A DNA stretch of 64,000 bases, taken from Felis catus. Its lineage: Eukaryota. The position numbers and the translations under genes are program-made. This document shows, piece after piece, positions 50,486 to 63,724 of this stretch; position 1 is the first letter of the stretch; each line of letters begins with the position of its first letter. The notes beneath the pieces were generated by a model. That model was not told the origin of the DNA. It made no database searches and worked only from the letters and a program-made list of their open reading frames with translations. The stretch is from assembly GCF_018350175.1 (NCBI RefSeq), contig NC_058368.1:125490001-125554000 (forward strand), written 5' to 3'.

Positions 50486-51974
50486 CTACTGGGTAACTTG
50501 ATGTTGTCTTTATAGAGCCACTAGCTGAGAAACTAAAGGTAGATGGCCTGCGGTAAGTCAGCAGCAGTGCTGAGAATGCCTTAAATAGCCTGAGTAGTAG
50601 TTGGCTGTGTTTAAGAGAATAAAAGAGAATGTGGCGTATTAAAGAGAATGAAAGCTTTAACATGAAGCACTATTTCAAGACTGTTTATGCCTTTCAGCTG
50701 TGACAGAAGTACTGTCCACAGTGGAGCGCGTGGGATCCAAGAGGCAGCTCTACCAGCTATTTCTGAGGCAGAAGTGTCCAAGTGCATGTGAATTGCCATA
50801 TTAAAAATTTTTATGTATATTTGGGTCTTGTGGAGGGCATCTTTAATACTGCTGACTTAGAAGTTAAGAGAGAAGCCATTATTCCTTTGTCTCTCAAGTG
50901 CCTTACCCAAGTGTCTTTTCCTTTTTCTTTCCCACTCACTTTATAATTCTCCTGGGTTCCTGGTGTACAAGACAGGGGTTTTCTTTTCTACTATATTAAG
51001 CAAACTTGCAGGGTACATACTAATCTTATCAAATTACCTCATTCGGGCCAGTCTAGCTCCTTTCAGAAAGCCCTTGAATCCCATTTGCCATTTAAAAAGA
51101 AAAGGTTTAAAGCTGGGTGAGATGGTATGACTTCAATGTTTGTGAAGTCTGCCTTGGCTGAATATCTAATACCATGAACTAGGGGGAATAAAAAACTCAT
51201 TGTACCCAGAACAACACTGGCTCTGAGATGCGTTGGGCAGAAAATAACCATTTAGGCAGCAAATGCATCAAGGAGGGGCAGATCCCCAGTGTACAGGGAT
51301 GCAGTTTGCTCCTTGGGAGGCCTCAGTGGCCCTCAGGTGGGAATAATTCTGGAGGAAGGTAGCTGGTGTGATGGGGAGAATGACCTGAGTGGATAGGTGT
51401 TTTATCTATCCATCCATCCAAATACTCTTTTTGGAGAAAGGTGAAATACTTTGCCACATTTGTAATGCATTGTCCTAAAAGAGAGGGTGTTTTTGTGAGA
51501 CTCGAGTTGGAGGACTGTGATTCTTGAAGATGTGCTTTTTTAGTCACTGACTACTCTGGAATGCAGGGGTAGGACTTCATCAAATGCTGTTTTAGGAAGA
51601 GATGGAGCTTAGAGAAATTAAGTTTGGGGTGAGCTACAAGGCATCCTCAAGACACCATCTGAGTTTCTTGAAGGCTGTGTGAATGATGAGAATAAACCTT
51701 ACTTGTGATTTGGAAAGGACTCCCATCACTCCATTGCTTTGAGGCTCCACATAGCCATTCACAGATGGTTCTCTCTGAATTGATGACACAGGAAACAAAT
51801 ACAATGGACAAGCATGCATCACACGAACACCTAGGTATTTAAATGGATTTATCTCCCATGGATAAGAGACAAAGGCTCTTCTCTCAGCCCATTGCAGTAA
51901 GCTTTCAGTTCCCAGTCATAGTCTCTGTTTCTGAATCTACTATGATTCTTTGGCACATGGTCCAGCTTCAGTCC

Positions 51975-52345
51975 TGAACAGCTGTGGTGATAAAAGCCCT
52001 GTTTTGATCATGTCACTGCTCTGGGAACAGTCAATATCTTTTTCATTGTTTCAAAATAAAGTTCTAATGTTTCTGTTTGGTATTTGAGCTCTTCCTTTTT
52101 ATGAACCCTATACTACAGGTAAATGGAACTACTTGTATAGACCCCTTTTGTGTTATAATATCCTAACTCTTCATTTCTACTCATTCTAGTTTTGCTGTGG
52201 AATGTTCTCCTCCACATCTTTTTAGAGTCAAATTCTCCCATTTTTCAAGGTCTGTTTCATAGGTTGTCTCCTTAGGGAAACATTTTCTGACTTCTCTGCT
52301 GGAAATGACTTCTTCAGATAGGATTTGTTTTCAACTTTTGTACTT
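51975..52345 (+). mobile_element. L2 fragment
   Basis: tgatcatgtcactgctctg; tggaatgttctcctcc; ttttcaaggtctgtttca. Confidence 0.45.
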
Positions 52346-52349
52346 AACA

Positions 52350-52550
52350 ATAGTACTTCCCATACTTTTCTAATAGTGAGACTCACCTGCAGGTATGTGA
52401 TAAAAATAAAAAAGCCTGGGCCCATCCCACACCAAGAATGAAAGTTCCCCCAGGAGAAGTCTGGGAAAGAGTACTTTTTTTTTTTGTCCTGGAAGGAGTA
52501 GTTTTTAAGAAACACCCCAGATGATTCCTATCATTAGAGAATGGAACCAC
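52350..52550. mobile_element. MER5-like hAT MITE
   Basis: gactcacctg...cctgggccc...ttttaagaaacaccccagatgattcctat. Confidence 0.55.
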
Positions 52551-52559
52551 ATATGACAT

Positions 52560-52712
52560 TCGCTTTGTAAACTGTGGTCCTCAGGCTAGCGGCATCAGCA
52601 TCATCTGGGTGCTTGTTAGAGATGCAGAATCTCCAAACTACTGAATCAGGATCTACATTTTAATCACATCTCCAGGCAGATGCTATGCATGTTGAAGTTT
52701 GAGAAGCACTAT
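52560..52712. mobile_element. MER5A
   Basis: gcatcagcatcatctgggtgcttgttagagatgcagaatctc...ctactgaatcag...aagtttgagaagcact. Confidence 0.85.
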
Positions 52713-55052
52713 CCTGCCGTGTTTGCTTGCCACTTTTATAGTTATTATGCAACCCAAACCCTTTATTATCTCATTAATTATGCAAAGGACTATTATTCCT
52801 ATTTTTTTTCCAGATTGGTGAGACTTCAATTAAATTGGACCATGTAGAGTTGTAAGTATTAGATAGTTTTTTGCCTTACCTACCTTAAAAAAGGCATTTT
52901 CATATGATTCATCTTAATAGTAAGTACCAGTAGCGCTGGGATTAGAAATTGGGTAGTTTGAATCTGGAGCCCTCTCTTAAGATTTACACTATTATTATGC
53001 CTATAATACATGCCAATTAACTGCTGATTTTGAAAAAAGAAAAACCATCGGATTAAAATACATTATTGAGTTCCAAGGTTAGTATGCAATAGGGTTCTGA
53101 AAATGGAAACGTGCTTATATAAACAGTATGGATATGAGATGGATATGAGGGAGTGGGGGAATGAGAAAGTAAAGGAAGCAACTGAAATTATATACTTTTA
53201 CCTCCCCTCAGTCCATATGGACTTGGAGACTACAGGTATTAATGCTAATTTTCGTCCAGACATATGAGACTGAAATATCCTTTGTTCTCACTTATAATTT
53301 TCTGCTTGGTTCCAAATCTCAAGAACTGCAATTTTAGACCATGTCTGAAATATAAAGTGGCTCTGTCTATTAATTTTCAGGCACAGAAAGTTTACAGTAA
53401 TAGGCTTGTATGGTTTTGTGTGTTCAACGGCCAAAGTTTGTAAAATCTGTGGGAAATTGGAAAAGGAAGGAAAGGTTTCTTGCCAAACTTTTTGATATGT
53501 TTGATCTTTCCAAGTGACTAAGTACATGATGAAGACACAGCAAGAATAGACATCCTTCACGAGGCCAGCATGTAGTTGCATCCCTCCCCCTGAAATGGTA
53601 TAAAAATGTTTCCTATTTGAGGGTTATAATCAACTAATTTTTAGTGTCTGTGGTTCGCAGTAGATTGAAACTTCTTAAAAGGAGTACTTGTTTCTTTGTG
53701 GTTTTTGCTGACAACTCTTATCATGCTACAGTTCTTAGTCTTAACAAAAGGGCTTTATATGAAAAATGCTTGCTCTATTTTAACATGATGAATGAGTCAA
53801 GGTGGTGATGGCTTGGGCATAAGAGAAAAAATAAGGTATGCTCTCAAGACAGTTAGGATTACTGGATTGGGATCTGGCAGGAGTAACTGGAGATAAAAAC
53901 TTCATGACTTGTAGTTGGAAAGGAGTCTGTGAGAATCCCAATGTGGTAGTCAAGCAAGTTGCTCTGTTAATGCAGTTGGGTTATGAGGTGCATGTGTCTG
54001 AGTCACGCAGCTGGCCCTTGGTCTCGAGTGGCTAGCTAAAAATGTACCTGTGGGGAAACAATATTCTGAGTCCATGTTCATTCCTTTTTCTTTTTCAATT
54101 TTTATAGTTGATCTCTTTGCTTCTAAACATAACAAGAGTGGCCTTGAATTTGTTCAGATTGCCGTAGCAAAGTGTTATTTGGGAGATATGACCTAAGCAC
54201 TTATAACTTTGATCTGGGTAGAAAAAGTGCTTTTGTGTTTTTGTTTTATTTTTATATAATCAAGAAAAGGAATGTGTTCTGTATGTTTTGTGAGTAGGCC
54301 TTTGTATATCAATATATCTCACATATAACCATATAAATAGACATTCCTCTGCACCTCAACCTGTGTGACTGGTCTCATATATGATTTAAAGTATGTTGTT
54401 CTTGAACACTCTACCTTTCTTTCTTTTACTATTCTAAAATAAATTCTCCTTTGGAAAGTTTAGAAGGCATGAATAAAAGTAAAGAATGAATAAGAAGTAG
54501 GAAAATACATTATTTAAGAACTTAATAAATTAATCTATTCAAATATGGGCCTGGTGGGGGAAAAAAGAACATAGGGTAGAGTAGTTCTAGTTTTGCATTA
54601 ATAATGTGGTATTGGATGTTTTCCTTTGTCTAGTTGTATTATCACTTCTTACTCCTGGCAGAATCCTGAAAATATCTTACCTTTGTTGTGACCTCACAGG
54701 ACTCAATTAATAGGACTACACAACTAGATATCACTAATTCACCATGACTCTTAATTTACAAATAGTAATAATAATAGAATAACATAATAATAACAATAAC
54801 AATAATAGCATCCCCAATCTGTCTTAGTATTCTCAGGATTAATAAGAAAAATGTATCAACACCACTGTTGCTATTCCCATTGAAAAGAACATTAAAAGTA
54901 GAAAATAGCCCATTGGGTCAGATGGGTTTTGGCATTGGCACAAGAGAAACCTGTGAATACTCCAAGAGTGAAAGTTTGAGACCCGAAGACTATAAACCTA
55001 GTTTATCAGAATTAAAACCATAAATGCCAAAAGGCTTTCCTTGGAGAACAGG

Positions 55053-55512
55053 TGTTATGGGTTGAATCTCATCTCCCCCAAATTCATGTTAAAGTTTTAA
55101 CTCCTGGTTCTTCAGAACATGACCTTGTTTGGAGATAGGGTCTTTACAAAGGTAATCAAGTAAAAGTGAGATCATTAGCATGGGCTCTAACCCCATACAT
55201 CTATCTTTCTTATAAAAGGAGAAATTGGGAGATAGACATGTACCCAGAGAGAACATTAGGTGAAGATCAAAGCAGACCAAGATCAAGGTGATGCTTCAAA
55301 AGCCAAGTAACACCAAAGGTTGCCAGAAAACCACCAGAAGACAGGAGAGAGGCATGGGATAGATTCTCCTTAACATCCATCATAAAAATTTAACCCTCTC
55401 AATACCTTGAGTTTGAACTTCAAGCCTCTAGAACTGTGAGACAATAAGTTTCTGTTGTTTAAGCCACCCAGTTTGTGGTGCTTTGTTATGGCAGCCCTAG
55501 CGAATTAATATA
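55053..55512 (+). mobile_element. MLT1 (B/C-like) solo LTR, complete
   Basis: tgttatgggttgaat ... agaactgtgagacaataagtttctgttgtttaagccacccagtttgtggt ... taatata. Confidence 0.92.
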
Positions 55513-56127
55513 GCAAGGTAGGAATTAGGATTTGAGATTCTATTTATAGGGGTCAGAACTATGACTCCAAAGAACTCTTAGACTTTGGCAAATAAAGCTC
55601 AATAACTAGTAGTATTAGTACTATAATAACTATTCCAAATGATGGCCTCATGTAGCAATAACTTAAATAAAGCCTTGCCTAATTACCTTAGCTGCAGCAA
55701 TAAGAGCTAAGTGAAAATTGACATGAATGATCTTTCAGTTCACATACCAAAGACTGTAGAGTTCTGATTTGTGAATGAAAGACTGATGGAACAAACAATT
55801 CCTCACTGAACATAGTTGCTCTCATTTTTCTAGGTCACTATATCCATAGAAAGAGGCTGGCTGATTCACACGTGAATTATACCAATTTGCATAAACTAAT
55901 GAAATTGCAACTCAACCACTGTTGTGAGGAGTTATTCAATTCATTATGCTGACAGAAGCAGGACATGAGGGAAGGGAAACGACTGTCAACGCCCTGGAAA
56001 GCCATCAGTGTTACTCTGCTGTAATCTAAAAAATGTGGGAGAGGATTTTAAATGTATGCATCATCTCAACCCCTGGTGAACAAGCAACACTGGTATAGGA
56101 AATAAATATAAGCAAACCTTAGGAATA

Positions 56128-57007
56128 TGTTTGGTTCTCGAAAGGAGGCAACCAAGAAAATATAACACAGATACTTTAATAAGGGGATTTAATATGCTAA
56201 ACTCATCATAAAGGTGTTAGAAGAGCTACACAAACAGAGGAAGGTGAGGCCACCCAAAAATTGGATTGGAAGGACACGGTGAAGCAGCGGTGTTTCTAGA
56301 GCCCATGACCCTGGCTGATAGGAGAGGAACTGAAACTGCTGGAGCCATTGCCTGGAGTGAGAAGAGGGGAAAGTAACACCCCGGTTTCTCTCTTCTTCCC
56401 AACTTCCAGTCTTGTTCCAGCACCTCCCATTGCTAAGCAGAGCTGGAAGCATCAAGGAAGCCTGAGAAACGTCGTTGGCTACTGTTAGCTTCTTGAATGA
56501 CTGGGCAAGGAGGGGAGAATCAATTTTCCTTTACTTCTTTGGCCAGATACCACAAATTTAGTGACTTAAACTAATGCACATTTATTCTGTTATAGTTCTA
56601 TAGTCAGATATCTAAAAATCAAGGTATTGGCAGAGCTGTATTTCTTTTGGAGAGTCCTGGGGAAAATCTGTTTCCTTTCCCAGCTTCTAGAGGCTACCTG
56701 CATTTCTTGTCTCTTGTACCCTTCTTCCATTTTCCGAGTACATTATTCTAACCCTGGTTTTATTGTCACAATCTCCTTTTTCTGATGTTAATCCTCTTGC
56801 AATTATGTAAGGGCTGCTCAGATAATCCAGGAGAATCTCCCCATCTCAAGGTTCTTAACCAAGTCTGTGAAGTCCCTTTTGCCAAGTAAGACAGTGTATT
56901 TATAAGTGCCAGGGGTTAGGATGTGGACATTTTTGGGGGCCATTACTCTGCCTGTCATAGGAGGGAAGGTAACAGACCTGCAGTTAAACAAGTAAATGAC
57001 TCACACA
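56128..57007 (-). mobile_element. LTR33-like ERV-L LTR, split by an MLT1
   Basis: ttccagtcttgttccagcacctcccattg...ggaagcctgagaaacgt; resumes after the MLT1 with aaacaagtaaatgactcacaca. Confidence 0.6.
56522..56959 (-). mobile_element. MLT1D-like LTR
   Basis: taccacaaatttagtgacttaaa...gataatccaggagaatctccccatctcaagg...ggggttaggatgtggacatttttggggg. Confidence 0.88.
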
Positions 57008-57233
57008 AAAGCCTTTGCCAGTGTTTAACAGGCCATTTCTGTCATCCCCAAATGCTTTTTTTTTTGCACACAGCACCATAGTATTTCAAATAGCCTGTTT
57101 CTTCTATAATATTTTTTTGATCATTATTTAGAGGCATAGCAAGTTTGCTTATGTATAAGATATTGACTGAAGACTTCGTAGGGTGTTATCCTAGCAGACC
57201 TCATTGGAAATGTTTATTTAATAGAATAATTTT

Positions 57234-57457
57234 TATAAGTTTTTTTAATGTTTATTTATTTATTTTGAGAGAGAGAGCAAGCAAGAGAGTGAGCAAGCAG
57301 GGGAGGTGCAGAGAGAGGGAGAGAGAATCTCAAGTGGGCTCCACGCTATCAGCACAGAGCCCTGTGGAGGCTCAAACCCGCAAACTGTGAGTGAGATCAT
57401 GACCTAATCTGAAACCAAGAGTCGGACACTTAACTGACTGAGCCATCCAGGTGCCCC
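57234..57457 (-). mobile_element. Older Can-SINE
   Basis: Full SINE; TSD ttaatagaat(aa/tg)ttt. Confidence 0.93.
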
Positions 57458-58677
57458 TTAATAGAATTGTTTTGAACCAGGCCAAAACTCTATCTGCTGA
57501 AATAGAAGCAGAGGGTGGAGAACAAAGCAAGAGGGTTTACTTCCATCCGGGAGCCTCTGGACATTTGACTAGCCAGACACCTGAATGAGGAGGACCCTGT
57601 ATATAAATGGAGTAGTTGTCAAGAGAAAGGATCTGGCATCTTAGCATGCTTGTTATTTTTGTTTTGCTTTGTGTCTTCTTTGGGAAGCAAACCAGCAGGA
57701 GCCTTCTGGTCTTTGGTCTTTAAACTCTTCCCTTGAGATGACTGGAGTGAGCATGCCCCATCCAGCTGTTCCACCCATCTCAAGTTGGCCACACAGAGAG
57801 ATGAGTTGTTTCTGGAGAAGGTGAAGGCCTACTCAGACAATGGATCTACTCTAGGCATTTGGAAAACGTGGAAATACTTTTTAGGGAAAACAAAACCCAA
57901 ACTCAAATAACATAAAAATTATAAACAGTTGCTCTTTTACTCTTCCATTCTCTGAGAGTTTCCTGAGTATTCGCTCTCCTTTTCCACTAAAGAAGTCCAA
58001 TAGAAGATTCTGATTTGTGAGTGATGATGCCTTCCATATGAGGTTTCCCAAAGAAAGGCCCACAGGATAAAGGTGGTGGAATGTAGTATGTTTTCCAAAG
58101 CAATCATATCACTATTAATTCTGTCTAGAAATTTGTGAATAATGATAACTGTGAGATAAGCTCAGATACAAATAGGCCCAACTGCAGGGTGTGTGTGTGT
58201 TTCAGTGTTTTAAACTCACTGAAACTAGTCTATTCAATCTTAGTCTTTATAATTGTGGTGGCCTAATCTATGTAAGAGTGTATTATTTTGAGTGTGCATG
58301 AGCCTAAGCAGAGATTTAATTCTCTGAAGAGTGTAGGTCCTTCCATTTCAGGAGCATGATGAGCTTTCCCCCAGTCAGCTCTCTGATGAAACTCCATGCT
58401 CATTCTGTTTGATACACTGTGAGGCCTGGCAGAGGGAAAGTTTCAGGTCACAGAGGCATTTGCAATCTATCCTGTTTTTTTTGAAGTGGGAGTTTGATAA
58501 GGAAAGAGAGGGCTAGGATGAAAGGGCTTGCCCCGCATGTGATAACTTGTTCTGACTGGTACTTCTATTAGGTTATAACTTCCTGGCTATGTCCATTTAG
58601 CCAGGGCAGCCTCTTTTTGGTTTAATTTAGGATTGTGAAGATCCATAGCCTGGGAAGGGAAAGGACATTGTTTTCAA

Positions 58678-58679
<2 letters not shown>

Positions 58680-58725
<46 letters not shown>
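58680..58725. repeat. (GT)23 microsatellite followed by a GA-rich tract
   Basis: Read directly from the sequence. Confidence 0.99.
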
Positions 58726-58731
<6 letters not shown>

Positions 58732-59214
58732 AAGAAAGAGAAAGAGAAGGAGAAAAAGAGAGAGTGTGAAAGAGAGTCTGTGTTTGGCTAGCTGGGGAAG
58801 GGGGCAGTAGGACAGGGAAAAAGAAAGTCTAACAATAAAAGTAGCATCTGGAAACAACACTTTTTTCCTGAACATTTATTTCAAGGGTCAAATGCCTCTG
58901 TAATGTCCTCCTTCTTGGCATCAAGTGACATAAGTGAACAGCAAAGGAACTATATGTTTGGGTCTGGTTTAATGTTATCAAGTAATGTGGGGCTTATTTG
59001 GCAGTGGAGATATATTTATGATAAGGACTTTTGGAATTGCTTCTAAATTTTTGATCCTAGGAGGCTTATTGTGCCTGCTCTACCAATGGACCCTAATCCT
59101 ATGTGAAAGATCCATTCATCCATTCAAGTTTGTGTGTAAGAATTAATGCTTTTTTTTTTTTTTTTTTTGAGTTGTCTGGAAATATATCGGCTTTAGCTGC
59201 TTGGAATCAACTGT

Positions 59215-59228
59215 GTTGTCATGACAAC
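59215..59228. promoter_or_regulatory. Candidate RFX X-box
   Basis: Perfect 14-bp palindrome GTTGTCATGACAAC, close to the X-box GTTGCCATGGCAAC. Confidence 0.45.
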
Positions 59229-60640
59229 TAGATTGCGGTCCATAGCACCTGGTTTCCTGTGAAGACTCCAGTGTGTGGTATGTGGTGGGGGTGGTGGTGG
59301 GGGTGTGTAGAAAAAGGTTATAAAGGAGGTATGGAAATAAATTATGGTCTCTGTATCCTTTGGTCTTCTGCTCAGGTTATAGAAAAAGGCTTTGAGCAAG
59401 AATCTCATTTTCTCCAAAAATAAATCTTCATGATACTTTTGGCTCTTGAAGTTGTATACACTGAGCCCAGGGTCTGTATTTCCCCAGTGCTGCTTACTTA
59501 TCTCTGACATGCAGAAAGTGTTATAGTATTCTCTATACTGAATGGGAGCTTAGAGAAAGGCTAATGGCGAGATAATAATAGTAAAGTAATACAGTTTCTT
59601 TGTTGGTTCAGATAAAAGAGTTTATGTATGAATGCTTAGTAAACTAAAATGAATTCTTATTTTTAGCTTAAATTCAAATATTTGATATGTTTCAAGAATC
59701 CCTCTTGCAATGAGGAAGTGATTTTAAAATTGGGAGATTAAAACCAGTGTATTGATTTAAAAAATTTAATTGCGGTAAAGTTAATTGTTTCTGGAGTTCA
59801 GCTATTTCCTGAGAGAATGTTTCTTCTTCTACAGCCCTTTCACACCAAAGAGGAAACTGGGGCAAATTTTCTTCTTATCTCTGGTTGCTGTTCTCAGGAG
59901 TCCCCCTCCTTAAAAATCCGAGTTATTTTGAAGGGCCTAAACTTCAAACTGTACCCCGCACTACCTTTCCTTGTAGCAGAAATTCCCTCACCACTTGTGA
60001 CTCTTCCTCATTCATTGCAGATTTGCTCTCTTCCTCTTCATACTTCAGTCATGATTCCTGGTATCTTCATCATCCACTGAGTTCCTGGACCTTCTCATTT
60101 TCAGTGATTCTCCATTCCCTCGGTCATCTTTTAGATCTTGTCATATACGACAACAGCACCAACTTTGAAATCTCATTGTCAAGCTGATTACCACCTCCAG
60201 TCTTTCCAGCTCATCACTCTACTAGCTTGATGGCAGCAATATTTTGACAAACCCTTCCATCTTTTGGGGCCTTTAGTCTTTTAGCCTGCCATTTTTCCTC
60301 TGTGCTAACACCCCTTCCTATCTCTTTTCACTGTTGTTCTGATCCACCTTAGATTCTGTGGTTCCCTACCATATCATCCACTTGTAAACACTCCCTAGCT
60401 CCTTTCCATATCTCACTTTTTACTGGGAAAAATGCTCCAACCCACAGTTAAATTCAAATTTCCAACCTGTTTACATCTAAGCGGCTGAATGTAGATAGAA
60501 CAAAACAGTCTTGCTTGGTTTATATTTGTAACCAGAAATTTCGTGCGTGTTTCCATTATTGCTCAATAATTCTAATATGTATCCCCAATAAATTTGCCTT
60601 TCCATATTCCTGATGAGTAATTCATACCTTCTCTTTCTAA

Positions 60641-60853
60641 TTTTTTTTAATGTTTTTATTTATTTTTGAGACAGAGAGAGACAGAGCATGAGCAGGGGAA
60701 GGGCAGAGAGAGAGGGAGACACAGAATCCGAAGCAGGCTCCAGGCTCTGAGCTGTCAGCACAGAGCCTGACGCGGGGCTCAAACTCACAGACCGTGAGAT
60801 CATGACCTGAGCTAAAGTCAGACGCTTAACCGACTGAGCCACCCAGGCACCCA
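60641..60853 (-). mobile_element. Can-SINE
   Basis: Full SINE; ttctctttctaa on both flanks. Confidence 0.96.
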
Positions 60854-61148
60854 GATAACTTTCTCTTTCTAAAACCAACCCTTCAGGCTCCCCCAACCCA
60901 TTCCTTCTTACCCAATGTTTGACTTTTATTTTGTTGGAAATAAAAAAGGAAGTGTAAATACCCTTGAATATTTCCATCTACCAACGTACCTGTATTTGTA
61001 CTCATGTTCTCTGATTGGCTTCCTATCATAATGGACAATTTGTCGTATTCTCAACCAAGGTGAGTTTTCTGACTTACGCACTAGCCTCTATTCCCTTTTA
61101 CCTACTTTGGGACTTCCCCTCAGGTTTTCCCCATTCACTTGTATCATC

Positions 61149-61152
<4 letters not shown>

Positions 61153-61183
<31 letters not shown>
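61153..61183. repeat. Poly(T)31
   Basis: Read directly from the sequence. Confidence 0.95.
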
Positions 61184-61184
<1 letters not shown>

Positions 61185-61749
61185 TCCCAGATCATTCCCC
61201 AAAGCATACTAAAATGTAATATTATTGGTCTTGAAAAAGTTCTTCTTTGACACTGTATTCCCCTTCAGCTACCCTCTGTACCAGCCCCAAACTCCCATAA
61301 CTTTTTTTACCTTTACAACAGACATTTCTTGGAAGAAGTATCTATATTCACTATTTGTACTTCCTTATTTCCTATTCTACCTACAACCAACTTTTGTCAT
61401 ATACACATACTTTCACAAAATCCATTCTTAGTTGGTCACTGATAATCAACAGCTTTTAAAATCCAATAACCAATACTTTGATTTTACAGATTTTACAGGA
61501 GTCTGTCAGCAGCACTGTACAGAGGAGACCCTTCCCTTCTTATAGCTCTTCCTGGTTTCTGGAGCACTACACTCTTAATTTTCTTCTACTCCACTGGATG
61601 GCCTTTGTGTATTCTTTATTAATTCCATTTTTCTCTTCATCTCTCTATTTCCCACATTCATCATATTCTACCTGACATTCCTTTTGAAAAAAGGAACTCA
61701 TTTTACAGTAGAAAAAGATAATCTAAAAATTACATAAAATACTAAGAAA

Positions 61750-62860
61750 AAGGAGAGGGAAAATTGATCAAGATACACAAATATATAAACTTTAACACTA
61801 GGAAAAAATATAAATAGTTACTGCAGTCCTTGTTTATTTCAACTGGTCGTGAAGCTATGGTTGGAATTTATAACTGTCTTCGTTCATGTTATATTTGCCC
61901 TCATCCAGAAGCTCAGTTAGTCAGGATATTTTTTACCTGATGAGGTAATTAGACTGTCTCCTGAAAAGTCTGAGCTCTCAGTGATCTTAATTATGCTGGA
62001 TTTCTTTAGGGTCTGAGTCATTAAAAGTCCTATTTATGTTTTAAAACTTTTATCACAGTGTATAGATATAGTAGAAGGTCCTCCAGAGAGGTCCCTGGGT
62101 TCCAGACATCATTTTTTTCTGCCCCTTTGTTTAGTAACAACCTTAATTTCCTTTGATAACTAAGAATAACCATTCCAGAGGGAGAGTAATCACTTTGTTT
62201 GATGGTTGGTTCAGTGGCATGAATGGCCTTAAATGACAGGAGGCCAGTTTCAACTTCCCATTCAATGGAACACTTGTCTTGTGTCCTGGTGGGACTCTTT
62301 TTTCCCCATGGGAACCAATACCTCTGTCTAGTGGACTGCAAAGAGGTAAGGAAGGTACTGAACATTTCATGACTGGTTCATAAGTTGTATTAATGAGATA
62401 AGCCACTTCTGCTTCTGTCCTTATCTTATGGAATTATTGTGACTAGGGTAGAAACAATACAGTTTATTGGATATTTTGGGGGACCATATACTAAACTTTT
62501 AGAACAGCACCTAGCCTTGCAAGGTACTGTTTTCCAGGTGGTACTGTAATTGAGTTTTCAAAAGACTATTGCATCATTCTAGAAAATTTTTAAATGTTTA
62601 TTATTTTGAGAGAGAAAGGGAGAGGGAGAAAGAATGAGCAGGGGAAGGGCAGAGAGAGAGAGAGGGAGACAAAATCCCAAGCACTCTCCAGGCTCTGAGC
62701 TGTCAGCACAGAGCCCAATATGGGGCTCAAACTCACTAACCACGAGATCATGACCTGAGCCGAAGTTGGATGCTCAATCAACTGAGTCACCAAGGTGCCC
62801 AACTATTGCATCATTCTAAAATACCACCTTTGTCTGGGTGATGAGTTACATAGTAAGACT
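61750..62860 (-). mobile_element. ERV-L internal region: decayed integrase end and dUTPase
   Basis: Minus-strand peptides SYYVTHHPDKGGILE, LLKTQLQ, VPPGHKTSVPLNGKLKL...FMPLNQ and LLLNKGAEKNDVWNPG match the recalled ERV-L pol/dut order; frames broken. Confidence 0.8.
62582..62801 (-). mobile_element. Can-SINE inside the ERV-L internal region
   Basis: Perfect 17-bp TSD actattgcatcattcta (62565-62581, 62802-62818). Confidence 0.96.
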
Positions 62861-62884
62861 CTGGTGAGGGTCTTACATAGCAAC

Positions 62885-63089
62885 GGACCCTGTTGGCATG
62901 AGCCTGTATCCTCCCCTGCACATTCCAGCTCTCATGTGAGTTCATCATGTTGGCTGAAACTACTTGTATCCAGAACCTGCTGTCAGGGAAGTCTAAGAAA
63001 TGTAGATTTCAGCCTATGCAATATGGTGGAATGCATAGAAGGGAGTGGGGATGAATGCTGATTACCACTAGACACCATTGGTATGCACA
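62885..63089 (-). mobile_element. ERV-L/MaLR-class LTR fragment
   Basis: ccagaacctgctgtcagggaagtctaagaaatgtag...catagaagggagtggggatgaatgctg...caca. Confidence 0.55.
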
Positions 63090-63099
63090 GCTTGCTCTG

Positions 63100-63330
63100 T
63101 TACATCATGTAGGTTTCTGCACAGATATAGCTTCTCTAGAAAGACTTTCCCTGGCCACATTATTCAAAATATCATCCTGCTTCTATTTCCTTACTGTGCT
63201 TTACTTTATGGAGAAAACATGACTATGTAAAGCAGTGATATTTTCTTACATGCTTGATTGCTTATTGCCCATTTATCCCACCATTGTGTAAGCTACATGA
63301 TGGAACAATAATAAATCTAGAATTTGATTC
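63100..63330 (+). mobile_element. L2 3' fragment
   Basis: agactttccctggccac; tgtaagctacatgatggaaca. Confidence 0.5.
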
Positions 63331-63514
63331 TGATTATTTTAACTCAGGAAACAAAGTACAGAAGAAGTTAAAAAGTGTGATAACATATTTTTCTTTTTCA
63401 TATTCTTTGTATGTATATGTGGGCATGTGTGTAAGGATGGGATGTAGATACTCATTAACACTGGAGATAGATAGGGAAATGTATAAAAATACGTATGTTA
63501 AAGTCTAATACTAA

Positions 63515-63715
63515 GAAGCTTCTGTGGTGAATCAAACATATTTGTTATCTTCCATTCTGTTTCCATTACAGTTATAGGGGAAAAATTTTTTAAAGATATA
63601 ATCCTACAAAGAAAATAAATCTGGAGAGGAAATAACAACATTTTCAAAGCTAGAAAGCAGGGCATGAAGGGCTGTTGATCCAGCAGAACAGAGGAGCTGA
63701 TTCTTTGTGTCCACG
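63515..63715 (+). mobile_element. HAL1-type 5' end (second copy)
   Basis: Resembles 2755-2930: aaacatatttgtt ... ggagagga ... aacaacattttcaaagctagaaa. Confidence 0.55.
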
Positions 63716-63724
63716 TAATGCATT

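Larger units (their letters stand above)
59980..61660 (+). mobile_element. L2 ORF2-region relic
   Basis: ggtcatcttttagatcttgtcat; ctgattaccacctcc; aagcggctgaatgtagatagaacaaaac; tttaaaatccaataacc. Confidence 0.7.

Noticed and set aside
38542..53149. 11-bp tandem duplications (aagagtatgag x2 at 38542; atggatatgag x2 at 53128)
   Set aside because: Ordinary slippage duplications; not an array and no spacer structure.
53288..53581. 97-aa minus-strand ORF containing a possible 53-nt exon
   Set aside because: No recognised homology, weak donor, and opposite to the inferred transcription direction.
2499..62801. SINE heads as tRNA genes
   Set aside because: They have tRNA-derived A/B boxes but continue into the SINE body, (CT)n, A-tail and TSDs.
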